In this document: positions 38,491 to 51,769 of the stretch, piece by piece | How the letters are laid out: each line of letters begins with the position of its first letter | Position numbering within the stretch: position 1 is the stretch's first letter | Assembly (NCBI GenBank): GCA_002633005.1 | Contig: NMRA01000011.1 | Coordinates: forward strand, 311,970 to 375,969 | DNA from: Phoronis australis | Lineage: Eukaryota; Animalia; Phoronida | Length of the DNA: 64,000 nucleotides | Direction of reading: 5' to 3' | Made by a program: the position numbers and the translations under genes | Notes under the pieces: model-generated | Told to the model about the DNA's origin: nothing | Seen by the model: the letters and a program-made list of their open reading frames with translations, nothing else | Database searches by the model: none

Positions 38491-41400
38491 TGGTTTACGC
38501 TTTCCGATAATACCCTTTGTTCGCTTCAGTGTGTTCCAGTGGACGGATTCGCTATAGTAAAGGGCAACCGCAAACGAAACTGAGCTACGTCCCTTTATTA
38601 ATTAATTAAAATTAGCTCAGCTCAGGTCAAGTCTGCGGCGAAAGTGAATTGTTGAGAGGATTTTGCCTCGTGGGTGGGTGAGGGCGAATGTCTTACGTCC
38701 TGTTCAGTGGCCAGTTTAGAGTTTTGTAAGACGCTAAAATCTCAACAAAGAAGCTAGCGATCACGTGTCTCGCTTGTCAAACACATGGCAATATCTCGCG
38801 AAGTCTTGCCGTGTTCTTGAGTTTTCGTAGATTTTCGTCTATACGGAATGCACGCCTGGTGACCATACATTATCACAACATGCAGGCGATCAGGTGAGCT
38901 AAGAGCTTACCTTCGACAGCCAATTAAAATTAATTGCTGCATCGCCGGACAACAACAAATCTTTCTCGTTGGCTCATTCTAACCATGAACACTGAATTTA
39001 CACAGGTCAGTGAGCATTTTACTCGCCTTGTGCGGGTAAGCGGCATAGGGCTGTGAGCAGATCTGTAATTGAGGATGAGAACTCAGCACGCAGTTACTGG
39101 TCTGCGCTCGCGCTAAGACTTGAACAAATATTCACCGGTGACGTCCTCAGCAGAATATCAGGGTAGGATCTCGTTGACAAGTCTGCGTATTTAGCCAAAT
39201 AAACACCAAATGAATTTTCTTTGTATTTTGGGAATATGTAGAATGCCTGTCTTAACAAAGTTTGACTTTAAACTTGTATAAGACTATAAAAGGATGTCCA
39301 TACTTGACTAAATTCGAACATTGTATCTCAGAAATGGCTGATACCATGCCAAGGAATTGTTTTTAAAGTGTTCCACTTTTGAACGAAGGACTATCAAAAA
39401 ATGAGATTTTTATGATTTTTATTAAAAAACTCAAAATGTTGCCTAAAACAAAAATAAAATTATCAATTTAGAAAACTGCATCAGCATTTCTGGTCATGTC
39501 ATTGATTGTTATTTTGCTATGGATTTGCCTTTCTTGTTTTGCTAAGTATTACTGAAAGAGACATGGTCGTGTTACCTTATATCAGATTGGTTAAATGTCA
39601 GAAATCAAATTGTACATGGCTTTTTACTTTCAGAAAGTTCATTTTTTGTTTTTTCCAATCTGCCCTTACTTGGGTCACGTACTTTTTATTAAATTTAGAA
39701 AAAGAAGGTTACATTGACATCAAAAGAATAACGTCAATGACACGACCAAATTTTATTTGATAAAAACAATGCAATTTATTTTTTCATTAAAAACATAAAA
39801 GTACTATTTTGATACATTTCATGAAAAATGGAACGTTTTAAAAGTAATTCCTAATAGCGTTGTGGAGAACACTGTACAAAGCACATTATCTCAAAGTCTT
39901 TGTATGAAACCGATCAGATGTGATGTTCACGGGATAAGCCAAATTTGGACATGATTTTTCGAGAGTCCTTCATAACCTACGGGCGTGACAGTCACTGCTC
40001 TAAAATTCTTTTCACTGTAATCTTGGACTGAAACAAAAAATGCCTTAAGGAACGACTGGCGTTGGTTCACTCGTTTTACTTTCTTCTTCGTCCCGTGGCC
40101 GAAGGTGTATTCAGCAGTTTTTATCATTATCAAAAAACAAATAATATTCCGACCAGTAAGAGTGAATCTGTTGTTGGCGCCGTGTTTTGTTCTCGTTAAA
40201 TTTTATTTAACTTATACTCTGAAACATTCTTGAATTAATTCTTGAAGTTACAATTCCTTTCCACTTGTTGCATTGGCGTGTAACCAAAAGTTGGTAACAA
40301 GCTGGAGACCATCAACAAGACTCAAGTAATTTTCTAAAAGAGTAGCCTCCGTGCCCATTCAAACCTGTAATCCCGGCGGCCGCAATAACGCTCTGAGCTA
40401 AACCACACTGGATAAATGACAGAGTGTTATAAAAGGATACTAAGCCCTGTTTGGGCCTAAAAACCGATTTATCTATCCAATTCTCTGAACCAAATAATGC
40501 ACTGTAACACCCCCCCCCCTCCCCCCGACAACCCTCAAAAGTTCGGAGGACATTTTGAAAACTCTTTTCAAAACGTGGCCTCGCTTTTAGCGAATAACAC
40601 GGCAACTGTGGGGAACGACCACCTACCAAGAATCATAATGTCCTATAGGGATTCAGTATTTAGCCGGCTCTCAGTGTTTTTATCGTCCAAGATTAACGCC
40701 ATTGGTGCATTAGTAGGTGAGAGAACGATGATTGGCTTAAATCATTAAAACATGGTTTGGTACCTTTAAGCATATTTAACTGGTAAAGTCAGCAATTGCG
40801 TGGCATACAACGGTGAGAATTGGCCATTTGTAATAAAATCACAAAAACACAGTGGATTTGTTTTATAGCTGTGCTCAAAGCTAATTTCAAAAAGTCTATC
40901 CAATCCAACGAGGATCCCAAAATTGCGCTCATGTACTGAGATTGCAATCCGCCTCGCAATTGTGCAGATTTTTTACTATGATATACTAATAAAGTGTGTG
41001 CTAAAAATACTACCACTCCGGAGACCCTCGCTCGGTCACAAATGGTTGTCGATCGTTTTCGTTTTTTGAAATTTTATTTCTGTTGAAATAACGCGTTACC
41101 TCCCAATTTGACATCTGCACTTCCGGTTTATTATGAAAAATAAATCCGTTTTTTCAATGTTGGGCGCATTGTCCGCTTCATGCATTAGCTTTCAGTCAAA
41201 AAACTGTAGAAAATCAGGCTACTATGCAACCCAAAATGCATTTTATGAGTACTTACAAACACGTACGTTGCCACTAGTCTAAGTTGCGTCGCATTTGGTT
41301 ACAATATAGACCTACGGTCACGTTACTGCCAACGTTCGTGCATTGCATTTCCACTAGTTTTAGAGGAAAACCAATAGCGGATTATGTAATTTAGACTTAT

Positions 41401-41908
41401 ACCAATACCTTGATGCAGGTAATGACGGGTGTGTGAACGAACTGCACTGAAGAGTATTATTGCCGAACCCCCGGTTGCCGCACGGAACGTGTATAAACTC
41501 GCTGGGAATTTTTAGGGTGTGTCAAAATGACAAGACTGGTCAAATTTTTAGCAACGTACGTTAATTTCAAAAAACGCTTTGCAGTAACGTCCCTGCATCG
41601 TAACTGTAACAATGATTCGAAGTCAAATCGAACTTAACATAACACTTATGTACAAGAAAGAGCTTGTAAAGTGAGTGTATGGGCCTACACATGAAATGCA
41701 AGGACTACACATCATAAGTGAAATGCAGACGAGTGGCACTCCTGCATAAATTGCATTCATTTTCACATCTGTGGGAGATAAAAGAATGAGGTCACTGGCT
41801 CACGAAACATGTGACGCTTCCTATGGGTCAACGGAATTTAAGTACATTTGTCATCTGTACAACCACTGCACACCGATAATGTAGGCGTCGCGAAACTCCT
41901 TGTGAATT

Positions 41909-42343
41909 CCCGTGTTAGGTTGCATGAAAATGTCCCAAATAGGGACTCAACTAAGTTCCTTAAATCTTTTGCGTACTTGTTTCGTTCTTTACTCACTGAT
42001 GTAATATTTTTCTGTCATTTTATCTTTCTTATGAGGTACTCTTTGACCAAGGACATTTTATAATAATATAACTGAAACTGAGGCCTTAGTTCAGTCAAAA
42101 TAAATAGGGACTTAGTCCTTAAATTAGGCACGTTGGAGGAAACGATCCATAATTAATTTCAAATAATAAAAATGATAATTCAACGAAGAGTTCACTCTCG
42201 ATTTGTATCAAAATTTGACTTAGTAATGAGACTTAAAAAGCATAAGAAAGGACAATCAGTGTTTTCACAAGTCCACAAATACGCAGTAGATTTAGGGAGC
42301 TTAGTTGAGTCCCGATTTGGGACTGTTTCATGCGAACAGGCAC
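41909..42343. mobile_element. MITE with ~65-bp TIRs
   Basis: tgcatgaaaatgtcccaaatagggactcaactaagttccttaaatct versus agatttagggagcttagttgagtcccgatttgggactgtttcatgc. Confidence 0.75.
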
Positions 42344-45300
42344 TGGATTTTTCTCCGAGGTAATTACCACCACGCAATCGATGGTGGTGCACATAAGTTT
42401 TACACCCGACGTCAGTTGATTCACGCGTGCGATGAGCTCGCAAATTGGTTCATGCTGCGTTTAACCCGACCGACTGGCATGAATATCCGTGAAACAATCT
42501 AATTCGATTAGGCAATAATCGATAATATTTATTGGCCTGACCGGAAATGATAGCTGTGGTTTTGTTTCCTCGCTAATTATCCCATTATTGTTAATTACAT
42601 TAAGTAATTAATATCGATAAACTTTTTAGTGACACAGATTATTGTGAACCTTAATTAGGTTGTCTGTATGAGAAAACGGCCAATTGTTCGCAACAAAACA
42701 TCAAATCAACAATCGGGTAATTAAGTGGATTTTAATTAAGACCAATTAATCCCATAATTGTTGTTCGCTAATGTTATATCGATACAGTTATTAATTGGTT
42801 ATGTTTATCCCAGGAGTCGATGTTGAATGAAAATAGCTCAAAGGCTTCATAAAAAGTTCCTGTGCTCTTATGGTGTGTCTCAATCTGCGGTAACTTATAC
42901 ATTGCAAGTTTTTGTTAATTGAAACGAATAATGAGCACCTTACGCAATAGCAATTAACCCAGTTCTTCCAAACAACAACAGATGGCAGTCCTGTGCCTTG
43001 CTTACTGTGAATGATAACAAGACACGTTGAGGTATATTTACCTTTAGACTATGCAAACACTTAAGACTTCACCTAGGTATTTTTGAAGCAGATGCCTTGA
43101 GCAATTTTATCAATAGAACTGAAATGTGTAAAGAAATGAAATACAGGGTGTCCCACTAAAATAACCTGAAACATGAGAACAACGAAATGCTTTTACTGGG
43201 AGCGAATGTTGATTTTCTCAGTTCCGCAATTCGAAAGCTTATTACACTAGGCGTTCAAGATGCCACATTTGATTTTTAATTCTAAGAATGAAAACTGTCG
43301 AATTTTGGCAAAACACGCATTCAGTTGAACAGGTTCATCGCAAGTATCGAAGAATTTTAGTCGCGGCAGCTAACGCGCCAACTCGGAGATCAGTTAAAGC
43401 GGCAAAACTGCATGAAACCGAGTTCCATAAAGGAGCAAACTTTCAACTTTGAACACTTGCCGCTATGCAACTGATCTCAACTTGTTCCAAACTGAGAAGA
43501 AAAGTGGTTACTGGACTGAAAAGATTGTCAAATCGTTATTGGCTATGATGTTGAGACCACGACCTCATGGAGACTCTTTTAGACTCGGAATTGATCATGA
43601 GATCCGACTGCATATCATATCCTTTTTCACAGGGTTGAGCTTGGTGGACCGCAAGACATTAGCTTGTACTTGTGGTGAAAAAAATCTTTGCTTATGGAAC
43701 GGAAACGATGAATTCAGTCCCACAATGCAACCCGCCATCCAGCCTCGCTGCCAATATCACTTCAGGGGCCGCCACTTTTAATCGGATAGGCTGTAGTAAC
43801 CTCCCCGCCGAGCATGTTCGCGAAACGCTCGCCTTTCGCTTGAGTGGTTTTTCGAGATCTGGCGAAATAGGACCTTGCTTTTCTCACTAGAAAATAGGTC
43901 ATCTACGGGACACTCTACTATCGAAAAGACTTGTGGAAGATGAGTACCGTTCTGTTTGTGTCTGTGTCGTATAAGCCTATTCTGCGTGACTTTTACTTGA
44001 TGTCCGACAGGCATCGACTTGAATCAAAACAGTTTAACAGACTTCTGTCTAGGATGCCAGAACTCAGACCAACAAATCTTTGTTAAGTTTGCTTGATACT
44101 CGGTAAAAACAAATATGCACATTCAGTAATGATAAAAAATATTTATGCGATGGTTACACAAAATGATTGGCTACTTTTTTATTTTTTTGCGAAATTTTAG
44201 GGATAACCAATACCTTACAAGGTACGTCCAGTACTGGTTCATTAATCAAAGGATGGTTGCACCAAAGATACGTGCAAGGCTTTCAAGTGTGGATGCAGAG
44301 GGGATTCGGTTCCCTTGCTAGGTCACTTTTGTGTCGCTGTAATGGAGGAATATGAAGTACCCCTTCTATCTACCCAATGTTTGACCCCTCCCCCGCGTTA
44401 GCCACTGCTGATACAAAACGTTTGTTGAAATTCTAATCCTTGAGAGTTGTTTCATTAATAATTTCAACTGCAATCCATATGACGACTAAAATGATCATAA
44501 TAGCTTGATCAAACTGAAATGTTTGGTTATACTGTAGTTGAAGTAAAATGAAATAAGCAGGTGTCGCTTTTGAGGACAAACGTCTCGTGAGGTAATTGTT
44601 GGCTGTCAATCTCATCAGATCCTTAGGGCGCCCGTGGTCAGATTTAACGAAATTTAGCCATTTCATTAGCTAGAGAATTTCGTGAAACCGGAGCCGAATC
44701 GACAGCTTAAACTCCAAGCATCCCCGTTTCGTCGTTGTTTACTTTTTGTTTTTTGTTTGTTTTTGTTGGCCTGATTCATTGCTGTTTATGAGGTTTGCGT
44801 AATATGGTATACTTTAAAATAACGTTCGTGGTGTGTAATTTTGGTTTCTATTATATCGTGTGAGCTACCTGTATTGCTGTTGATGGAACTTGCGAACTCA
44901 ATAAAACATGGTGACCTATAAAAATCAATCAATACTTCCACATTGACTTCCACGTCACGAAGTGATATTCATGTTACCATAGGGTCTATTGTACTCCGTG
45001 CCAGAGTGCTGCCTGATCAAATAAAGCTCGCAAACGTCAGAAACAGCCTCGAATAGGGTGCAAGTGCACGAATATCGATTTCTTACTGTCAACAAGTCAC
45101 TCCATGTCTACACAAACAACATGTGTTCGGGAGATTTTTAATATGGTCACGCGACCCAAATTTGTCTCATCAAATTATGGAGGAGTGTGATCTCCGTTTT
45201 ATTTGATCTAGGATTCAGAACGAGGCATTGTTGTGAATCCTAAATTTTACTGAGATCTGAGATCTCAATCTATTCCCATCCAGACACGGCAATACACTAT

Positions 45301-46129
45301 TGGCAAAAACCTAGGTCACGACTTCCTTTTGTGTCGCAGCCCAATCCCAGGTGGTCATATTGAAACCTCAAGAAAGCATACTATGGCTTAAATTATAGAG
45401 AAAATGATATATATCTATACACGTGGTAATCATAAATTACCCACAAAGTCTTCCCAAACATATACTTTAAGACAAAAGGCATTTTTCTGATAAACAGACT
45501 GTCCATAATGGTTGACAGACAGATATCATAAAAATTAGGTCCGTATAGATTTTGCCCTCTGGGAATCTGAACTGGAGCACCAAACCAAAAGTCAGGCGGC
45601 GAGACCGGCTCGACTGCGAGTAAGATCATCAAGAACTGCCAAACAATATGCGGAAATTTAAAGATGCGGACATTTCGCGAGCTCGCTCATAATTTGAAAA
45701 CGACCATTTTGAATCGAAATTTAAAGCTGTTGAAAATAGGTACCGAGTGCTCCGTGTGTCGTAAACATGTCAATGACTTATGTGAATGTAACGAACATTA
45801 AATAATTTACTTCAAGGACGTTGCCTGAAAAGTCAAGTGGAAATTTGGTTTTGAAAAAAATTGGCATTCCAAACTTCAGTTCGTACTGCGTTTGCCTTCC
45901 TTGAAAAACTGTTTGCCCGTGGACTAGTGACTGATCACTGCCATTTTGCTGCCAAGAAAACCCTGACCCCGGAAAACCCTTCGAAAATCTCGGTTATCTG
46001 AAAATGTTACATAATGACGTACAAATGAAACCATTTATCAAAAGCATAAATAATCACTTGGCATTGTTCTGATGCCAGATATTATAAAATAAGGTCACAC
46101 CCCTATGTTCGTCTGAAAATACCCGCATG

Positions 46130-46969
46130 TGGAGATAACTCTGACCTGCTATCATTAAGAAAATACATGCTAGTGTTAGCTTACTAAGTAAATGAAATGC
46201 CAATTGAGTACAGCTGCCATCTATTGGCGAACCAATACACTACTGACAGTGGATCGTCTAAACATCTCTGTCTTTGATGATGCAATCAGCTTTCGTGAAA
46301 CGTTCGGGAAGGTTTTATCCAGAGGAAATATCGATACATCCCATTTTGTAATAATTTTCACACGGCGATTTTAGAATAACCGTGTGTTGCTTTAATTTAC
46401 TAGACTCGTTTGTGCCATTTCGATATAGCCTCATGAGAATACGACGGTACCATATGAATTCTGCGATAAAGATAGGTATCGCTCATCATAATCGTCATTT
46501 TTCATAGGAGACGATACAAAACGCAATCCTTTTTGGCACACTAGTTCCCNTGGAGATAACTCTGACCTGCTATCATTAAGAAAATACATGCTAGTGTTAG
46601 CTTACTAAGTAAATGAAATGCCAATTCAGTACAACTGCCATCTATTGGCGAACCAATACACTACTGACAGTGGATCGTCTAAACATCTCTGTCTTTGATG
46701 ATGCAATCAGCTTTCGTGAAAAGTTCGGAAGGTTTTATCCAGAGGAAATATCGATACATCCCATTTTGTAATAATTTTCACACGGCGATTCAAGAATAAC
46801 CGTGTGTTACTTTACTTTACTAGACTCGTTTGTGCCATTTCGATATAGCCTCATGAGAATACGACGGCACCAAATGAATTCTGCGATAAAGATATGTATC
46901 GCTCATCATAATCGTCATTTTTCATAGGAGACGATACAAAACGCAATCCTTTTTGGCATACTAGTTCCC
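46130..46969. repeat. Near-identical direct duplication across the N at 46550 (likely contig-overlap/haplotype artefact)
   Basis: 46130-46549 is repeated at 46551-46969 with a few substitutions, separated by exactly one N. Confidence 0.85.
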
Positions 46970-47234
46970 CGCCACAAAGGGTAATTCTAAAAATATTAAA
47001 TATTTAGTCACAAAGTGATATATATTCATTGAATAATACATAGAATATACAAAGAACTAATGACAAACCCAGAAATCGCCAAGCATTGTACATGGGTTGT
47101 AGACAATTCATAGACGAAAGTACATAGAGGTATATGCATGCATGTGGTATCTAATATAAGTATTCCAGTATTTAGATATGCTATTACGAACATATAAAAC
47201 AAAAACATGTACAGATACATGTATGGAAATCAAA

Positions 47235-48108
47235 AACAACAATATTTATAAGCGATACATTGCTAACATTGCCTAAGAGGAATTATTGAGAACAAGGTCA
47301 AAGTTAGGACTACCATTCAATAATAATGTAACTTTAGTAGGGATATTATTACAAGAATTGAGAGCTTTTACAATTGATTGGTTTTCATTGAGTGCACGAA
47401 AGAGTGAGTCTCTCAGGTATTCGATGAGGGGACATTTGAAGAAAACATGAGGATAAGATTGATGGTCACCACATTTACAGTTTGGAGAGACATTACTTAA
47501 GTTGTGCCTATACTTGTCGGAGTTGGGGAAAAGACCACATCTTGATCTGTGCTATGCTATTCCGTTATCGCGAGGAAGGGAGAATTGAGTCAGGGCTGTT
47601 GAGTTATCCAAATTATGAAAAACAGTTCTCATTTGGAGAAATTACAGTATCAAGCTGCCTTACTCATAACTGGAGCTTACAGGGGATCAAGTAGTGTTAA
47701 GGTTTTGAATAGTCTCAAGTGGCCCTAACTGTTTACTTGACGAAATCTTCACATNTGAAGAAAACATGAGGATAAGATTGATGGTCACCACATTTACAGT
47801 TTGGAGAGACATTACTAAAGTTGTGCCTAAACTTGTCGGAGTTGAGGAAAAGACCTCATCTTGATCCTGTGATATGCTATTCCGTTATCGCGAGGAAGGG
47901 AGAATTGAGTCAGGACTGTTGAGTTATCTAAATTATGAAAAACAGTTCTCATTTGGAGAAATTACAGTATCAAGCTGCCTTACTCATAACTGGAGCTTAC
48001 AGGGGATCAAGTAGTGTTAAGGTTTTGAATAGTCTCAAGTGGCCCTAACTGTTTACTTGACGAAATGTTCACATGACCACATTTACTTTCAAAGTAATGA
48101 ACAATGTC
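47235..48108 (-). mobile_element. Degraded LINE (CR1/L2-like) 3' relic
   Basis: Stop-interrupted frame IVHYFESKCGHVNISSSKQLGPLETIQN resembles the post-RT 'DYC..VW...L..LQ.IQN' region; 3' tail gcaatgtatcgcttataaat. Weak similarity by eye. Confidence 0.35.
47437..48074. repeat. Near-identical direct duplication across the N at 47755 (likely artefact)
   Basis: 47437-47754 is repeated at 47756-48074. Confidence 0.85.
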
Positions 48109-48378
48109 CATGCGCGCACTCAGGCCCCCCCCATTTGGCGAAGTGGGCAAAAAGGTCCGCCTCTGAGAAACAAAAAGTCCGAGAAAATGTGACAAAAGTC
48201 CACTAAACAAGTACAAACGCGCAATTCACAGTGGTGCCCCCGTTTGTTTTTGTTTTTTTTTTATTTATTTTTTTATTATTTTAGTCCGCCCGCTTTTTTT
48301 GTTACCAAAAGGTCCATAACATCAGGAATTCGAGCCCCCCCCCCCCTCCCATATTGAAGGCTAGGTGGCGCGTGATGT
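48109..48378. mobile_element. MITE with CATGCGCGCAC-type ends (second copy at ~55243-55461)
   Basis: Both loci share gcaaaaaggtc(c/t)gcctc...gaaacaaaaa, poly-C tracts and an aggct(a/g)ggtg..gcgcg end. Confidence 0.6.
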
Positions 48379-49830
48379 CAACAACACCTTTGTCAAAAAA
48401 TGTTTGATCTATGCACTAGATACACTAGACAAGGCCATCGTGGTGGTTAGAAATCCTCCACCCCATATGCAATTATTCCGTCGTTCAGTCAGGCATTCAG
48501 AAGGTCTGCAGTTAGGATGTGTATCAACGACTGGAATTCTGATCCAGTCTCTGTTCAGGAAAGCAACTCTTTTACGAGTATAAAATATTAGTTTTCCTCT
48601 CGAATGAATAAAGTTTACAGGCATATTACGAAAATATTAAAAATTCTCGCTGACCGTCCCCCCCCCCCCCCCCNAACTATAAAGAATCTCTGACCCACAT
48701 TCGCAAGTCGCGAGCAAGTCTAACACTAACAGATGTACTGCTCTCGTGTTCATAATTTTCGAGCATTTCTGATACTTAAGTGTTACCAACTTCGACGCCA
48801 ACGTCAGTTACGCTTTCCAGTTGTACAGAGAGTGCGCACACCAAGACATTTGACCAGAGAAAATTCTGCAAATACGCATTACATCATTCTTTGCTTGTGT
48901 AATGGCCGGATAAAGGAACAGCTAAGTAATTATGAGCGCATCACACTGTATAAAATTAATTTATAGAAATTACCTCAGTAACTTGCAGTTAGGTGTATAT
49001 TCTCAGAGACTTTGTACTTTTGCTCAAGTAGGCCTAAGATTAGATAATTTTCAAAAACAGTTGTGTGGAGCTTAAGGCCAAGTAAGATTAAATCATTTTC
49101 AAATACAGTTGTGTGGAGGGTAAGGCCAAGTATCTTGAGTTACTTTTCTTGAAACGGACCCTTGGAAGTGACACGTGGCAAGAACCGAGAAAACAGGCAA
49201 GAATCAAGTATATCGCGAATAAAGCTAATTATTGTGTAGGGAATAGAGTAGTTACCTGTCGGCAACCTGTTTGTGTTTCTGGATCTAACTTTCGCGCCCG
49301 TCCTTCTCACAAGAACAGCCACCAGGTGGTGTTTGACAACCGCCAAGGACCACACACAGGTAGCCATGTGACACGAAGATTCTCGGTAGCACCTCGACGA
49401 AAGGGCCCAGGAAGAGCCTGTTCGTGAAAGCTAGGTCCGCAAACACAAACGCAAACAGCTGGTGCATTGAAAGCGAAGCACGTTAGCACATTAAATATGC
49501 TAACGTGCTTCGCTTTCAATGCATAAGTCGATACCTCAAAAGTCGTTAAGTGATGTTGCGTTTTCGCGAGATTTTTGTTCGCTTACGAAACGGAGCTAGA
49601 ATCTTACTATCCATTGAAATTAGAGGGATATTATCGTTTTTTTAGCTGGAAAACGCAATTTTGTGATTATTGTTGAAAGTATAGCCGTCTTGGTGTTGTC
49701 AGCTTTGACCAGTGCTATAAAACAGCAACAGTGTTTGCATTATATTATTACAAACGGCCAATTCTCTCAACATTTGTTGAAATCTCAAGACCTGTGTCCT
49801 ATACGCTTAGAATACTCTGGTATTAAACGT

Positions 49831-49901
49831 GTCCGATTCGGTTCAGCGGTAGAGCATTCGGATGCTTTATGGAGTTCGTGGGTTCGATGCCACGTCACTG
49901 C
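49831..49901 (+). pseudogene. tRNA-like pseudogene or SINE head (copy at 52889-52959)
   Basis: D-arm GTTC-AGCGGTA-GAGC and B-box GGTTCGATGCC within a CGTGG/CCACG stem; acceptor and anticodon stems are broken. Confidence 0.55.
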
Positions 49902-49952
49902 TAATTTCTGTAACTTCAAATTCTATTGGGTGTCTTCTCGTTGCATATAATT

Positions 49953-50052
49953 GGCCTCGTGGCTTAGTTGGTTAAAGCGCCTGTCTAGTATATAGTCAGA
50001 AAAGACAAAACGAGGAAACAGGAGATCGCGTGTTCAAATCACGCCGAGGCCT
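49953..50052 (+). tRNA. trnT-AGT: tRNA-Thr (anticodon AGT) with a 26-nt intron (49991-50016)
   Basis: Full cloverleaf: GGCCTCG/CGAGGCC, GCTT/AAGC, CCTGT/ACAGG, GCGTG-TTCAAAT-CACGC, discriminator T. The intron follows nucleotide 37. A TTTTT Pol III terminator lies at 50057-50061. Confidence 0.92.
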
Positions 50053-50937
50053 GTCCTTTTTAGTTTCATAACACAGCCCAGTAAGCCTACGACTGATAAT
50101 GTGGGGTCTGTCTTACTACGCTTTTTGTGCAGTCTCATCGGAGACTTGCGTTAGCAAAGTGACAACATTTGTGTGAAACAGTAGCAGTGACGGCACCGAC
50201 AACGGTAGAGGTGACGACAACGACAACGGTAGCGGTGACGGCAACGACAGCGGCAGATGCATCGGCAACAGCAGCGACAGCGGCAGCATTAGATCTACAT
50301 GTCGTCGAGGTTGCAGTACAAGTCATCTGTGACAACTATCATTCCCTGTTTTAAGATGATATCATTTCTTATTGTTTTGTGCCTCAGGCTCAACATGGAA
50401 AGTCGCACTAATTTCCTAATAAAAAAGAATAAAAGATTACGAAGAGTGTCAGTAAGTAGTTGAAATGTTGTTTCCCTTATTCTTAGGGACGGTATACGGA
50501 GAACCCAATGCAAGACGTGGGTACAAGAAAAAATAAATAAATGATTGCTGTTGAATTTTTCTTTAAAAAAAACGCGCATAGCACATCATCTAATGCGAAT
50601 GAAATTTCAAAACTTCAGCTTTTGACGTACAGTAGATGGCTTAAGTTTAGCTCCATCAATCGTTAGCGAGCAGAGCTGGTAAAATTAATTATCCTCAATC
50701 CTTGCTTTTGTGCCTGGATGGACACGGTCTTCTACTGTCACTAATTTTACTTGATATTTTGATTGTATTGTGGCAAAAAAGTGTTGCTCTTATTCCGACT
50801 GGCCCGTGGAGGGAACTCAGAAAAAGCAATCAGTACTGCGCGATTTTTTTCAAGTACGTATGAGCGGATATAGGAGCCCCCTCGGGGATTTGAATATAAA
50901 AACGCCGTCGGCATGCCGGTGTCATGGATTCGCCAGA

Positions 50938-51245
50938 TTAGAAGCTAAGATCTACCAAATCGCTGTCAGTGTCACATTCGGCATATTTTCTCAACACGTA
51001 TGACTTGCTGTTGACGCTAATGGAGTCGTTGTTTTCAGTCCACTCTCTGTTGGAGAACACGTCATCCTGTGAAGTCACCGACTCAGCCTGTGACGGGCTC
51101 CGTGATTGGTCCTCCTTCCAGATGACGTACGTGTAGCGCGTGCTGATCACTACGAAAACCACCAGGATCAGAAGAAGCAGCAACGCCAGACTGAACATGT
51201 AGTAACTCAAGTACTGATAGCTTGTTTTGATCCACGGACACTCTT
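50938..51245 (-). CDS. Duplicate of the SLC15-like terminal exon
   Basis: Same ORF and acceptor as 53965-54272 (ECPWIKTSYQYLSYYMFSLALLL...); probably the other haplotype. Confidence 0.5.
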
Positions 51246-51769
51246 CTACAAATCAAAATAGCTTGAGTTTTATACTTTTAATGGGATTTTGAACTGCAAT
51301 CCTGTCGAAACTTCATAAATATCAGAACTGTAGTTAGGTAAAACTACTGAGGGAATCTGCCTCCCGGGCGCCCAAAATAATTGCCCCCCCCCCCAGGTCG
51401 TCGCAGATTTCAAAATATCCTTTTTGCCACAACTTCCACGCCTCGCCCAGCCATCGCCATCACATTCACGCCTAGCCCTCCCGCTCACAGTCAACAGCAA
51501 GGTGTCATCTTAACTCTACAGCGAGTTTTTAAGTTACAGTGGGGCACGCGCCCTGGGAGCTATTATAATTGATAAGTAAGTTAAAACTTACTGCGGGACA
51601 CGCCCGAAACCCCTGCTTCTTACGGCCCTGAACTCCAAATTTCGTCAAAGCATCGTGAAGTGTGATGCTGACCTACCCTTCGCATAGTCTACACTTCCAA
51701 AAAGAGTCGACGATTCACATAAATGACAAGTCTTAGATTTCTCTATTAGCCCGATTAGGACCATACACG

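Noticed and set aside
43449-44110. Overlapping ORFs with coding-like composition
   Set aside because: No recognisable domain and no consistent exon structure
50135-50354. Ala/Thr/Val-rich ORFs on both strands
   Set aside because: They arise from a degenerate trinucleotide repeat with length differences between the two copies, and there is no supporting start or splice context
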